The notes under the pieces were generated by a model. It worked only from the letters and a program-made list of their open reading frames with translations. It had not been told where the DNA came from and made no database searches. The position numbers and the translations under genes are program-made. Of a stretch of DNA of 64,000 nt, positions 39,806 through 48,853 are shown in pieces. Origin of the DNA: a virus; the UHGV virus genome UHGV-0363627. One strand, 5' to 3'. Positions within the stretch are counted from its first letter, which is position 1. Each line of letters starts with the position of its first letter.

Positions 39806-40339
39806 ATGGATGATGTTTTTTATGGAGAAGATATAAATACAGATTATCCTGTTGTTTATAAAAAGTTTGATGATGTTTTAAAAGATATAGTTTTTGCTAA
39901 TGATAATGAAAGATTGCTTTGTGCAAGTATTATTGAAAGTCTAGAATTAGAAGCTAGTATTCAATTTCGTGCTGATAATGGAGTTCATATACCTTATATT
40001 GGTAAATTTCGTAAAAATCTTATTCGTAGAAATGTATTGAAGAAATATAAGAATTTTCTTTCTGAAAGTAATAATCTCACTAAAGAAGAAAAAAGAGAAT
40101 TTTTAAGAGCATCTTCTATTGAAGAAAGAAGATTACGTGATGAAGAAATTGCAAGAAAGAAAGCATTTAAATTTACACCTGGTAAAGAATTTACTGATTA
40201 TGTAAATCTTTGTAGAAAGAAAGGAATGAAATTTGCTAAGTTATATTATGAATTTAAAAAGAAGATGATTGATATTCCTTTTATACAAGAAGTACATGAT
40301 AGTTATATGGAGATTTTAACAGATGATACAAATAGATAG
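39806..40339 (+). CDS. hypothetical protein (177 aa)
   Basis: ORF, basic C-terminal half. Confidence 0.45.
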   Translation: MDDVFYGEDINTDYPVVYKKFDDVLKDIVFANDNERLLCASIIESLELEASIQFRADNGVHIPYIGKFRKNLIRRNVLKKYKNFLSESNNLTKEEKREFLRASSIEERRLRDEEIARKKAFKFTPGKEFTDYVNLCRKKGMKFAKLYYEFKKKMIDIPFIQEVHDSYMEILTDDTNR

Positions 40340-40922
40340 ACTTTTGACGATTGATGATACAGGTATGCCAAAAGCTCCTAGTATAAAACAACTTCTTGAT
40401 AAAGATGTTAAAGCATTATATCTTAGAGATAATACTCCTGATAAAATGATGTATATAAAAGAAGTTGGTGTTATATATTATCTTGCTGACCCGAAAGGTC
40501 CTTGTATGCAAGAAGGACTTAGTAGACAAGAAGCATTAAAAAGAGCAATAGAAAATTTTGATTTACCTGTTAATTATCGACCAGATTTATTAGTAGAAAA
40601 ACTTATAAAGCGTTATCATGACGAACGTGTAGGTGTAGTTGGAACTGCTGTTGAATCTTTACAAAAAGCTATTCATAATGTTACTCTTGCTGGTAATATT
40701 TTAAATGAATTATTAAATAACAAATTGAGTAGTGGATTAACCGATGAAGATGCTACAACTGTTATTGATATAATGGATAGGCTTAATAAAAAGATTACAG
40801 ATTTACCAAATCTTATTAAAAGTTTAAATGAAGCACAACAGCAATTACAACTTGAAGAAGAAACAATACGAGTTAGAGGAGGTAATAATGCTGAATCTAG
40901 TATGATTGAAGAAGATATATAA
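40323..40922 (+). CDS. hypothetical protein (199 aa)
   Basis: ORF. Confidence 0.45.
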   Translation: MIQIDRLLTIDDTGMPKAPSIKQLLDKDVKALYLRDNTPDKMMYIKEVGVIYYLADPKGPCMQEGLSRQEALKRAIENFDLPVNYRPDLLVEKLIKRYHDERVGVVGTAVESLQKAIHNVTLAGNILNELLNNKLSSGLTDEDATTVIDIMDRLNKKITDLPNLIKSLNEAQQQLQLEEETIRVRGGNNAESSMIEEDI

Positions 40923-40933
40923 AATAAAAGAAT

Positions 40934-41935
40934 ATGATACTATCAGATAAACGATATGAACAAGTTAGATTAATCTTTAAAGAAGAAGGTCATAAATATA
41001 ATGATACTCTTGGTAATGATTATGTTTCTACTACAACTATATTACATAGTTATCAGCCTTCTTTTGATAAAAGCTATTGGTTAAAGAAAAAGTCAAAAGA
41101 GTTAGGAATAAGCGAAAAAGAATTAGAAGAACAATGGAATACTATTACTAAAGAGGCTTGTGCAAGAGGTTCTAATACTCATAATGGTTTAGAAGATGGT
41201 ATTAAAGGTAGTAGTCAATTTCAAAATGCTGTTCAATATTTGAATATTGAAAGAGATGGAGAAATGATTACTGTTGCTGATATTCCTTTATTCGGTGCTG
41301 ATTATAAACTATTGGATATAGATTATTTTATTGAAGCAACAGGGAATAAATATCCTCAAATATATGAAGCTTTTGCTAAATATACTGCTGCTGGATATAA
41401 AATATATTCTGAAATAGGATGGTTCTTAATAGATTATCTTTTAAGTGGTACTATAGACGTTCTTTTAATTAGAGAAGATGGTTTTATTATAGGAGACTGG
41501 AAAACTAATAGAGGCGGTCTTGTTTTTAAAAGTGGTTATTTTAAGAAAGATAAATCACAAAAACCTGCTCAATTAACTAATATTTGGGTTGATAAAAAAG
41601 AAACTCTTTTAGCTCCTGTTAATAATTTACCTAATTGTAATGGCAGTATTTATAATTTACAATTAAGTATGTATGCTAAAGCTGTAGAGATTATATTAGG
41701 TATTCCATGTAAAGGACTTTGGTTATGTCATATTGATAGTGATTTTGAACTTAATGAATATGATATGCCGAAAAGATTTGAAGATGGTCTTTATCACATA
41801 AAAGATAATCCTATTGAGAAAACTAAATTTTATGTTATGCCTTATAGAAGTACAGAGATAGATAAAGTTTTAGCTGATAGAAAAATGAAACTTAAAGCTA
41901 ATGAAGTTAAACAACAGTTTAAACTTGAAATGTAA
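40934..41935 (+). CDS. putative PD-(D/E)XK-family nuclease (333 aa)
   Basis: GTIDVLLIREDGFIIGDWKTNRGG resembles the D...(D/E)xK core of RecB/Cas4/lambda-exo-like nucleases. Confidence 0.35.
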   Translation: MILSDKRYEQVRLIFKEEGHKYNDTLGNDYVSTTTILHSYQPSFDKSYWLKKKSKELGISEKELEEQWNTITKEACARGSNTHNGLEDGIKGSSQFQNAVQYLNIERDGEMITVADIPLFGADYKLLDIDYFIEATGNKYPQIYEAFAKYTAAGYKIYSEIGWFLIDYLLSGTIDVLLIREDGFIIGDWKTNRGGLVFKSGYFKKDKSQKPAQLTNIWVDKKETLLAPVNNLPNCNGSIYNLQLSMYAKAVEIILGIPCKGLWLCHIDSDFELNEYDMPKRFEDGLYHIKDNPIEKTKFYVMPYRSTEIDKVLADRKMKLKANEVKQQFKLEM

Positions 41936-42267
41936 TGAATAAAGATTTATATGTTGCGATAGCTACTATTGTCGGTATAGTTATTATTATACTTGCTACT
42001 ATATTTAATAGCAAACCTGTTCCTGAAATTCGTTATATTCCCTACGGGCAAGATACAACGAGTTTAAAAGAACTTGTTCTTACTAAAGAACTTCTTAGAC
42101 GAACTCAAGATAGTCTTAATGCTTATAAATGTGATACAACTATTTCAGCTGAACTTTTTGTTGCTAAATATAAATTAGAAAGAATTAGATATTATAATAA
42201 CATTGCAGCCAAAGGAAACAACATTCGTTTTTTGAGGGGCTGGATAAACAGAGTTTTAAATGAATGA
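41935..42267 (+). CDS. hypothetical protein with N-terminal TM helix (110 aa); contains a motif copy (IPYGQD)
   Basis: ORF. Motif at 42037-42054. Confidence 0.4.
   Translation: MNKDLYVAIATIVGIVIIILATIFNSKPVPEIRYIPYGQDTTSLKELVLTKELLRRTQDSLNAYKCDTTISAELFVAKYKLERIRYYNNIAAKGNNIRFLRGWINRVLNE
42037..42054 (-). repeat. Motif copy (R) ATTCCCTACGGGCAAGAT in CDS 41935..42267. Imperfect inverted flank TCGTTATA / TACAACGA.
   Basis: One mismatch (AGAT). Confidence 0.8.
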
Positions 42268-42544
42268 TATTAGAAGTATAAGTAAATATGTTTATGGTGA
42301 AATAAAAAAAGTTGTAAATGGTAATAAATATCAAATTGGATATATTACCATGAAACATTGTTCACTTTTTGATGGAAATCCTGATAAAAAAGTATTAGAA
42401 AATAATGGTTTTTCTACAGGATATATATTGTATGTAAATAATAAATTTGAATGTGGCCCTTTTGGTTATAATCTTACTAAAGAAGAAGTATTAAATAAAT
42501 TAGATGAATTAATAGAATATTATGAAAAAAGAAATACTATTTAA
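42260..42544 (+). CDS. hypothetical protein (94 aa)
   Basis: ORF. Confidence 0.4.
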   Translation: MNDIRSISKYVYGEIKKVVNGNKYQIGYITMKHCSLFDGNPDKKVLENNGFSTGYILYVNNKFECGPFGYNLTKEEVLNKLDELIEYYEKRNTI

Positions 42545-42752
42545 AAAAAATAATCTTAGGCTTATTGAAACTATTGAATTAAATAAAGTTGATGATTGTA
42601 TTATTGAATATGCTGTTTTTAAACTACAGATAAAGAAGTTTGGAATATGGATAACTTTTAAAAAGATTATATGTGAAAGTAATGATAAAGAGCAATATAA
42701 TTTTGATAAAAATAATGCTATTGAATTGTTTAGAATTATAATAAATGTTTAA
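42522..42752 (+). CDS. hypothetical protein (76 aa)
   Basis: ORF. Confidence 0.35.
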   Translation: MKKEILFKKNNLRLIETIELNKVDDCIIEYAVFKLQIKKFGIWITFKKIICESNDKEQYNFDKNNAIELFRIIINV

Positions 42753-42755
42753 GTT

Positions 42756-43172
42756 ATGGCTAATTTTAAAATTGCATTAGATAAAGTTCTTTATCGTGAA
42801 GGCGGTTATGTTAATGACCCAGATGATAAAGGTGGAGAAACTTATAAAGGAATTTCAAGAAAATATAATCCTGATTGGAAAGGATGGCGTATAATTGATA
42901 ATACAAAAAAAGAACATCCTAAAGATTTTAAAGGTTATCTTAATAGAAATCCAGAACTTGAAAAAGCTGTTTATGATTTATATAAAGATAAATATTGGGA
43001 TTGTTTTGATTTAGATGAAATTCCAAATCAACAAGTTGCAGATATTATGTTTGATACTTGTGTTAATCAAGGTGCTGTTGCTGCAATTAAATTTGCAGAA
43101 AGAAGTCTTGGACTTAGAGAAACTGGAATTTGGAAACTTGATTTATTTAATAAATTAGTTGCTTTAAAATAA
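42756..43172 (+). CDS. endolysin, GH108-family N-acetylmuramidase-like domain
   Basis: REGGYVNDPDDKGGETYKGIS matches the GH108 signature EGGYVNDPxDxGGxTKYGI. Confidence 0.65.
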   Translation: MANFKIALDKVLYREGGYVNDPDDKGGETYKGISRKYNPDWKGWRIIDNTKKEHPKDFKGYLNRNPELEKAVYDLYKDKYWDCFDLDEIPNQQVADIMFDTCVNQGAVAAIKFAERSLGLRETGIWKLDLFNKLVALK

Positions 43173-43180
43173 AATTATAA

Positions 43181-43477
43181 TTGAATAGAGTTATGAAAAA
43201 GATTATTATAATGGTGTTGATTATAGAGATAATTAATTTAAGTTTAACATTGTTTGTTATCAATAAAATAAAAAATGTAGAAGTCTTTAACGAATGCAAT
43301 GTTGATACTGTTTTTAATAAACTTCGGATTGACTCTATTCAATATAATATTATTCAAAAAGATAGTACAATAATAACAATTAATAATATAATGAAAGATG
43401 AAATCAATAAAGCTGATAGTCTTAATAATGATAGTGCAGTTATTTTATTTAGACAGTTATTGCAAGAGTTGGAGTAA
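43181..43477 (+). CDS. holin-like small membrane protein (98 aa, one TM helix)
   Basis: KKIIIMVLIIEIINLSLTLFVINKI TM segment. Sits between the endolysin and the spanin-like ORF. Confidence 0.35.
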   Translation: MNRVMKKIIIMVLIIEIINLSLTLFVINKIKNVEVFNECNVDTVFNKLRIDSIQYNIIQKDSTIITINNIMKDEINKADSLNNDSAVILFRQLLQELE

Positions 43478-43808
43478 TGATAGTATTCCATTCCCTACGG
43501 GCAAGCTACAACAAGATAGTATTAATGTTGGTATTAATGAAATACGAGCAAGTAATAGAGTATTTATTAAATATAAATTTAAAAATAATATTATAGCTTT
43601 AAAAGATAGTATTATTCATCTACAAAATAAAAAAATAGATGTTTATAAAGATGCTTATGATAAAATGAAAGATGCTGCTATAGCAACTGAAAGAATAAAT
43701 CAACAATTACAACGTGATGTTGATAAATACAAAAAGAGAAATGTTATATATGGCGGAGTTGCTGGTGGATTAGCGACTTCGCTTTTATTGTTTATATTAA
43801 TTAAATAA
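43398..43808 (+). CDS. spanin-like protein. It has an N-terminal signal/TM with Cys22, a coiled-coil and a C-terminal TM, which is u-spanin-like architecture. It contains a 36-nt motif insertion (PFPTGKLQQDSI).
   Basis: N-terminal hydrophobic LIVLIMIVQLFYLDSYC. C-terminal VIYGGVAGGLATSLLLFILI. Overlaps the preceding ORF as embedded lysis genes often do. Confidence 0.35.
   Translation: MKSIKLIVLIMIVQLFYLDSYCKSWSNDSIPFPTGKLQQDSINVGINEIRASNRVFIKYKFKNNIIALKDSIIHLQNKKIDVYKDAYDKMKDAAIATERINQQLQRDVDKYKKRNVIYGGVAGGLATSLLLFILIK
43490..43507 (-). repeat. Motif copy (R) ATTCCCTACGGGCAAGCT in the spanin-like CDS. Perfect 9-bp direct repeat GATAGTATT at 43479-43487 and 43515-43523 (36-nt unit).
   Basis: Exact consensus. 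Confidence 0.9.
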
Positions 43809-43816
43809 CTATAGTT

Positions 43817-46075
43817 ATGGCTAAAGAAGTATATCCTTTTGCTGAATTTATTAAAGAAGATAAATCACATTATAAAACTGCTACTGAAGCTGGATATTAT
43901 GACCCTTATAATAATTTTCTTATAGGTGATAGTGGTGGATTTCTTATGAATATTAGACCAGGTAGATTTGTAAATACTCATTTATTTACAGAGATGGCTG
44001 ATGTATTTAAGAAAGAAGGTAAATATACTAATTTTAAAAAAGATAGTATTCCTTATAGACAATTAAGAAAAAGAGAAACACATAGAAGATATTATGGATA
44101 TTCTGCACCTTGTTGGGAAAATCCAGATGGTAGTATAGAGGATATTCATATAAGTGGAGATTATTATAATTTCCTTAATTATACTCGTATGAGTATGACC
44201 GATGATACAAGTGTTATTAATAGTAGTAAAGGTGGTGTAGGTCAAAAAAAATATAGTTTTCCTAGATTTATTGATGCTCAATATTGGAGTCATAATATAT
44301 TAGAATTTGCTAAAAATAATGGCTTTCATATTATTATAGTTAAAACTCGTCGTGGAGGTTTTAGTTATATGATGGCAGCTAGAAGCGCTAACGCTATTAA
44401 TCTTCAAAAACATAAAGTTTTTATAAATGTTGCATCTGATAAGAAATATCTTACTAAGAAAGGTGGTTTAACTGACTTTGCAATTAATAGTTTAAAATTT
44501 TATGAAGAAAAGACTATGTTTAAAAGAGGTATATTTAGTCCTAATGTAGAAGATTTTCGTTTAGGATTTAGATTACCTAATGGAGTTGAAAGTGAAGATA
44601 GTTGGCAAAGTTCTCTTATTTCTGTATCTGCTGCTAATGACCCAGACTGCGCTATTGGTAAAGATGCTATCGGAGTTAATGTAGAAGAGCTTTCTACAAT
44701 GGATAACTTTGATGACTTTATGTTTGTGACTGAACCTGCAATGACTGTTGGAGATATTACTACAGGTATGTTAGTTGCATGGGGAACAGCTACTGCTACT
44801 AATATGCAAGTATTTGAAAGTAATTTTTATAATCCAAAAGGATATAATTTTATGCCATTTGAAAATGTTTGGGATAAAGATTGTAGACATGAAGTGTGTG
44901 GATTTTTTAAAAGTTATGCATGGGGTATTGAAGGAGAGATAGATGGTGTTAAAGGAGTTGATGAATTTGGGAATTCACGAATAGATATAGGTTTGCAATT
45001 AGCTGATAGAGGTAGAAAAAATATGAAGACTAATGCTAAAACTTATGCTGATTATATTAACTATTGTGGACAGAGAGCATTATTTCCAGCAGAAGCATTT
45101 AGTAGTGCAACTGAAAATATATTTGCAAGTGAAGAATTTAATAAATGGGAAGATAAACTTCGATTGGATAATAATTTAAAATTTTATGTTGATGGACAAT
45201 TATTTATGCAAAATGGAGTTGTTAGTTTTAAAAGTAATGAACGAATTAAAGCTGAAGACCCAACTGCTAAAATATATGATTGGATAAATGGTGTTCCTAG
45301 AAAAGGAAACGAAGACCCTCATGGTTGTGTTAGAGTTTGGTTTGCTCCACAATATGATATTGAATATACAGAATTTGGACAACGTAAAGTTATTCCTAGA
45401 GGAACATATACTATTACTTATGACCCTGTTGGTATTGATAAAGAAAAGAAAGCTATTACAAATAAACATTCGCATAATAGTATAAGAGTTTGGGAAAATC
45501 CTTCTGCTAGAAATGGATATAAGTTTAAATGTTGTGCTGCTTATTATGGTAGACCAGATAAACTTGAAGAAGCTGATAAGATATTTTATAGGCTTTGTGT
45601 TTGGTATCATTGTTATGGAACAGGTATTGTTGAAGTCAATAGAGGTGAAACTGTTTCTAATATGAAGAAATGGAAAGCTCTACAATATCTTGCACATGAA
45701 CCTTTATTTGTTTGGGATTCTACTATTAAAGGTAAATTTAGTACAACTTATGGATATGTTGTAACAGATGGTGCAAAGAAACTTGATGCGTTACGATTAT
45801 TAAAAGAAATATTATATGAAGTAATAGGTAAAACCGATAATGGAGAAGATATATATGCTTTTACTAGAATATATGATTATCAAGCTATATTAGAATTAAA
45901 GAAATGGAACGCAGAAGGAAACTTTGACCGAGTATCAGAAATGTTGTTATATGCAATATATTATAAGTCGTTGGATATAAAAGGTAGATTAGATATGCAA
46001 ACAAAGAAGAAAATAGAAGATTTAGACGAAAAATCTAAGAATGATTTTTGGAATAGAGAATGGTTTACTGATTAA
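43817..46075 (+). CDS. terL: terminase large subunit
   Basis: 752 aa immediately upstream of portal. VKTRRGGFS resembles the terminase Walker-A-like K.RQ.G.S/T. Size typical of crAss-like TerL. Confidence 0.65.
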   Translation: MAKEVYPFAEFIKEDKSHYKTATEAGYYDPYNNFLIGDSGGFLMNIRPGRFVNTHLFTEMADVFKKEGKYTNFKKDSIPYRQLRKRETHRRYYGYSAPCWENPDGSIEDIHISGDYYNFLNYTRMSMTDDTSVINSSKGGVGQKKYSFPRFIDAQYWSHNILEFAKNNGFHIIIVKTRRGGFSYMMAARSANAINLQKHKVFINVASDKKYLTKKGGLTDFAINSLKFYEEKTMFKRGIFSPNVEDFRLGFRLPNGVESEDSWQSSLISVSAANDPDCAIGKDAIGVNVEELSTMDNFDDFMFVTEPAMTVGDITTGMLVAWGTATATNMQVFESNFYNPKGYNFMPFENVWDKDCRHEVCGFFKSYAWGIEGEIDGVKGVDEFGNSRIDIGLQLADRGRKNMKTNAKTYADYINYCGQRALFPAEAFSSATENIFASEEFNKWEDKLRLDNNLKFYVDGQLFMQNGVVSFKSNERIKAEDPTAKIYDWINGVPRKGNEDPHGCVRVWFAPQYDIEYTEFGQRKVIPRGTYTITYDPVGIDKEKKAITNKHSHNSIRVWENPSARNGYKFKCCAAYYGRPDKLEEADKIFYRLCVWYHCYGTGIVEVNRGETVSNMKKWKALQYLAHEPLFVWDSTIKGKFSTTYGYVVTDGAKKLDALRLLKEILYEVIGKTDNGEDIYAFTRIYDYQAILELKKWNAEGNFDRVSEMLLYAIYYKSLDIKGRLDMQTKKKIEDLDEKSKNDFWNREWFTD

Positions 46076-46163
46076 CACCAATAACTATTTACTATTATAA
46101 AATATAGTGGAATTAGTTGGGATATTATAGATATTATTTTATTTGTAGAAAAAAGTATTAATT

Positions 46164-48542
46164 ATGGATGTTATAGGATATAAACAAAATGTAGATTTTC
46201 CTCAACAGAAAGTTTCTGCTGCTGAAAAAGCTAAACCTGAATGGTATGCTAATTGTTGTGATTATGTTATATCTTCTGGACTTAATTGTATTGATACAAA
46301 AGATATAGAAGATAAATATAATTTTTTAAAAGAAAATATATCAGAAAATGATTATAAAAAGATATTAAATCCTTATAATGTTAAAGAAGAAAAGTATAAA
46401 AGATTTCCAGCAACAATGAGAAATTATGATATTACTAGTGGTATCATAAGAAGATATGTTGGAGAATATATACAAAATGCTCATGATTTTATTGTTAGTG
46501 CTAATAATCCCGAAGTTGTATTGGCAAGAAATGTAAAGTTAAATCAAGAATTGACAATGCTTGTGCAACAACAAATAGCACAGAGAATACAACAAGAGTT
46601 GCAATCATTTATACAACAAGGTGGCAATCCAGAAGAATTTAATCCTCAACAAGCTATAGATATTGATAAATTTATAGAAGATTTTAATGAGAATTATATT
46701 GATGATATATCAGCACAAGGACAAGCCATATTAGATGTTATAGATGATTTGACAGATAGTGTTGCTTTATATGCTAGAGCATATTTTGAATGGGTTACAT
46801 TTGGTAGCTTTTATACATATACAGAAGTAAAAGGAAATACAATTCATAAACGAGTTGTTTCAAATAGAGATGCTTTTCCTACTCCAAATGATAATCAATT
46901 AGTTGAAGATTTTGATATGTTTGCTGAAAGACGAAAGATGTCATTACAGCAGATAATGGACGAATATTCAGAAGATTTATCAGATAAAGAAAAAGAATAT
47001 CTTGTATCATATTATAAAAACGGTAATCGTGGTGGAGAATATGATAATACATGGTATTGGAATAATTATAAGAAAACATTCCCTGATATATGTAAGAAGT
47101 TTAATGATACTGAAATTAAACAAGTTCCTATAATGACTAGAGATTTAAATCAAGGTCTTATAGATGTTTGGAAAACTGTTTGGAAAGGAGAAGTTAAAAA
47201 AGGCATTCTTACTTATCAAAATAATGGTTTAATTACAACCAGAATTGTTGATGAAACTTATAAGTTAAATAAAGCTATTGGAGATATTTCTATTGAATGG
47301 TATTGGGATACACAAGTTTATGAATGTGATAGAATTGGAGGTAGACATAATTCAATTTATCCTTTTAAAGCTAGACCAATAGATTATAATAGAAATGGTA
47401 AACTTCCTTATAATGGTTTAATGGAACTTCTTCCTGGTTATGGTAAATTTAGTATTATTGATATTATTAAGCCATATCAGATATTTGGAAATATTGTTGC
47501 TTATCATAGAGAAATGGCTATTGCTAAAAACAAACTTAATGTTCTTATGATAGCTAAGTCGTTATTAGGTACTAAACCTGATGATACAATTTATAAGATG
47601 GCGGCAGATGGAGTTCTTTATATAGATGATGAAGATGACCAAGGGATGTTAAAAGCTCAACAAGTAAGAATGCTTGAAACTAGACAAAATGATTATATTA
47701 CTCAATTAGGACAACTGTTACAAGAGAATGAACAGATGGCTATGATGAAAGTAGATATGACACCTCAACGATATGGTGCTATTGCTAATAGTGCTGGTAA
47801 AGGTGTTACAGAAGAAGCTGTCATTCGTGGTAGCATGGGTAGTGTTATCGTTGAGTTTATGTTTGATTGGGCTAGGGAACATGACTATGCTAGAGATTTA
47901 GATTATACTAAACTTGCATGGATAGATGGTCTTAATACATCATATAAAGATAAGAATACAGGAAGTATTAAATATTTAAGTCTTGATGTTAATTCTCATA
48001 TTTATGCGGATTATGTAATTAAAGCAAAGTTGTCTGTTAAAGAAAGAGAGAAATTAAATCAATATAAACAATTTGCTTTTAGTGCTGCTCAAAATGGAGA
48101 TATGAGTATGGCTGTTGCTGCTATTGAAGGTGATAATTGTGCTGAGATTAAACGTCTTATAGATAGATTACAAGATGCAAAAACTAAGCATGAAGAAACA
48201 ATGAAACAAATGGAACAGCAGATGGAACAAATGAAACAACAGAATGAACTAGCAAAGATACAAGCTAAAGGAGAACAAGATAGAGAAACTTTAGCGTTAG
48301 AGAAGTATCTTGATAGTGAAATAGAGAGTTTGAAAGCTATGCTTAGTTCTGATGATGCTTCATTCCCTACGGGCAAGCTAGATGAAATAAAAGAATCTAT
48401 TGAAAGAGAAAAGCTAAATATTGAGAGAGAAAAAAATAGAACTGAAGCTGCTCTTAAAAATAGAGAAATTAATGCTAAAATTCTTGATAGTAATAATAAA
48501 CTTAAAATTGCTAAGACTAATAAAAATAGACATGATAAATAA
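46164..48542 (+). CDS. portal protein
   Basis: 792 aa between TerL and scaffold/MCP. Acidic coiled-coil C-terminus. Contains a motif copy (SFPTGKL). Confidence 0.55.
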   Translation: MDVIGYKQNVDFPQQKVSAAEKAKPEWYANCCDYVISSGLNCIDTKDIEDKYNFLKENISENDYKKILNPYNVKEEKYKRFPATMRNYDITSGIIRRYVGEYIQNAHDFIVSANNPEVVLARNVKLNQELTMLVQQQIAQRIQQELQSFIQQGGNPEEFNPQQAIDIDKFIEDFNENYIDDISAQGQAILDVIDDLTDSVALYARAYFEWVTFGSFYTYTEVKGNTIHKRVVSNRDAFPTPNDNQLVEDFDMFAERRKMSLQQIMDEYSEDLSDKEKEYLVSYYKNGNRGGEYDNTWYWNNYKKTFPDICKKFNDTEIKQVPIMTRDLNQGLIDVWKTVWKGEVKKGILTYQNNGLITTRIVDETYKLNKAIGDISIEWYWDTQVYECDRIGGRHNSIYPFKARPIDYNRNGKLPYNGLMELLPGYGKFSIIDIIKPYQIFGNIVAYHREMAIAKNKLNVLMIAKSLLGTKPDDTIYKMAADGVLYIDDEDDQGMLKAQQVRMLETRQNDYITQLGQLLQENEQMAMMKVDMTPQRYGAIANSAGKGVTEEAVIRGSMGSVIVEFMFDWAREHDYARDLDYTKLAWIDGLNTSYKDKNTGSIKYLSLDVNSHIYADYVIKAKLSVKEREKLNQYKQFAFSAAQNGDMSMAVAAIEGDNCAEIKRLIDRLQDAKTKHEETMKQMEQQMEQMKQQNELAKIQAKGEQDRETLALEKYLDSEIESLKAMLSSDDASFPTGKLDEIKESIEREKLNIEREKNRTEAALKNREINAKILDSNNKLKIAKTNKNRHDK
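48362..48379 (-). repeat. Motif copy (R) ATTCCCTACGGGCAAGCT in the portal CDS (SFPTGKL)
   Basis: Exact consensus. Confidence 0.85.
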
Positions 48543-48575
48543 ACCGAAAGACGTATTGCTATAAATGTTAATGAT

Positions 48576-48622
48576 AAGTCTGATGTTATTCGTGATGAAT
48601 GATGTCAGACTTTATTTTTTTC
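48576..48622 (+). terminator. rho-independent terminator after the portal gene (stem AAGTCTGA / TCAGACTT plus TATTTTTTT)
   Basis: 8-bp stem 48576-48583/48605-48612 followed by a T-run. Confidence 0.6.
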
Positions 48623-48821
48623 CTGAATTTTGACCGATTTTCAGGCTCTCTGCCAGCACTTTACATAATTTCGGATATATTGTTCAGCCACTGCAAATAA
48701 ATCGCTCTGACACAAAGGAAAGTGGCTCATTTTGCCTCATTTGAAACATTTTGCACCAATGATAACAAATTGTTAGTAATGGGCTTATAGATATAGATTG
48801 CTGATATAATTGAAGGTACAT

Positions 48822-48829
48822 ATATTTGT
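48822..48829 (+). promoter_or_regulatory. Candidate Bacteroidetes-type -7 promoter element TATATTTG (TAnnTTTG), about 25 nt upstream of the scaffold-like gene
   Basis: Exact match to the TAnnTTTG consensus. Position is appropriate. Follows the portal terminator. Confidence 0.35.
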
Positions 48830-48853
48830 TTTCATAATAATAATTAAACGTAT

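Noticed and set aside
43181-43808. Treating the 80-nt overlap of the holin-like and spanin-like ORFs as an annotation error
   Set aside because: Overlapping or embedded genes are common in lysis cassettes. Both ORFs kept at low confidence, not trimmed.
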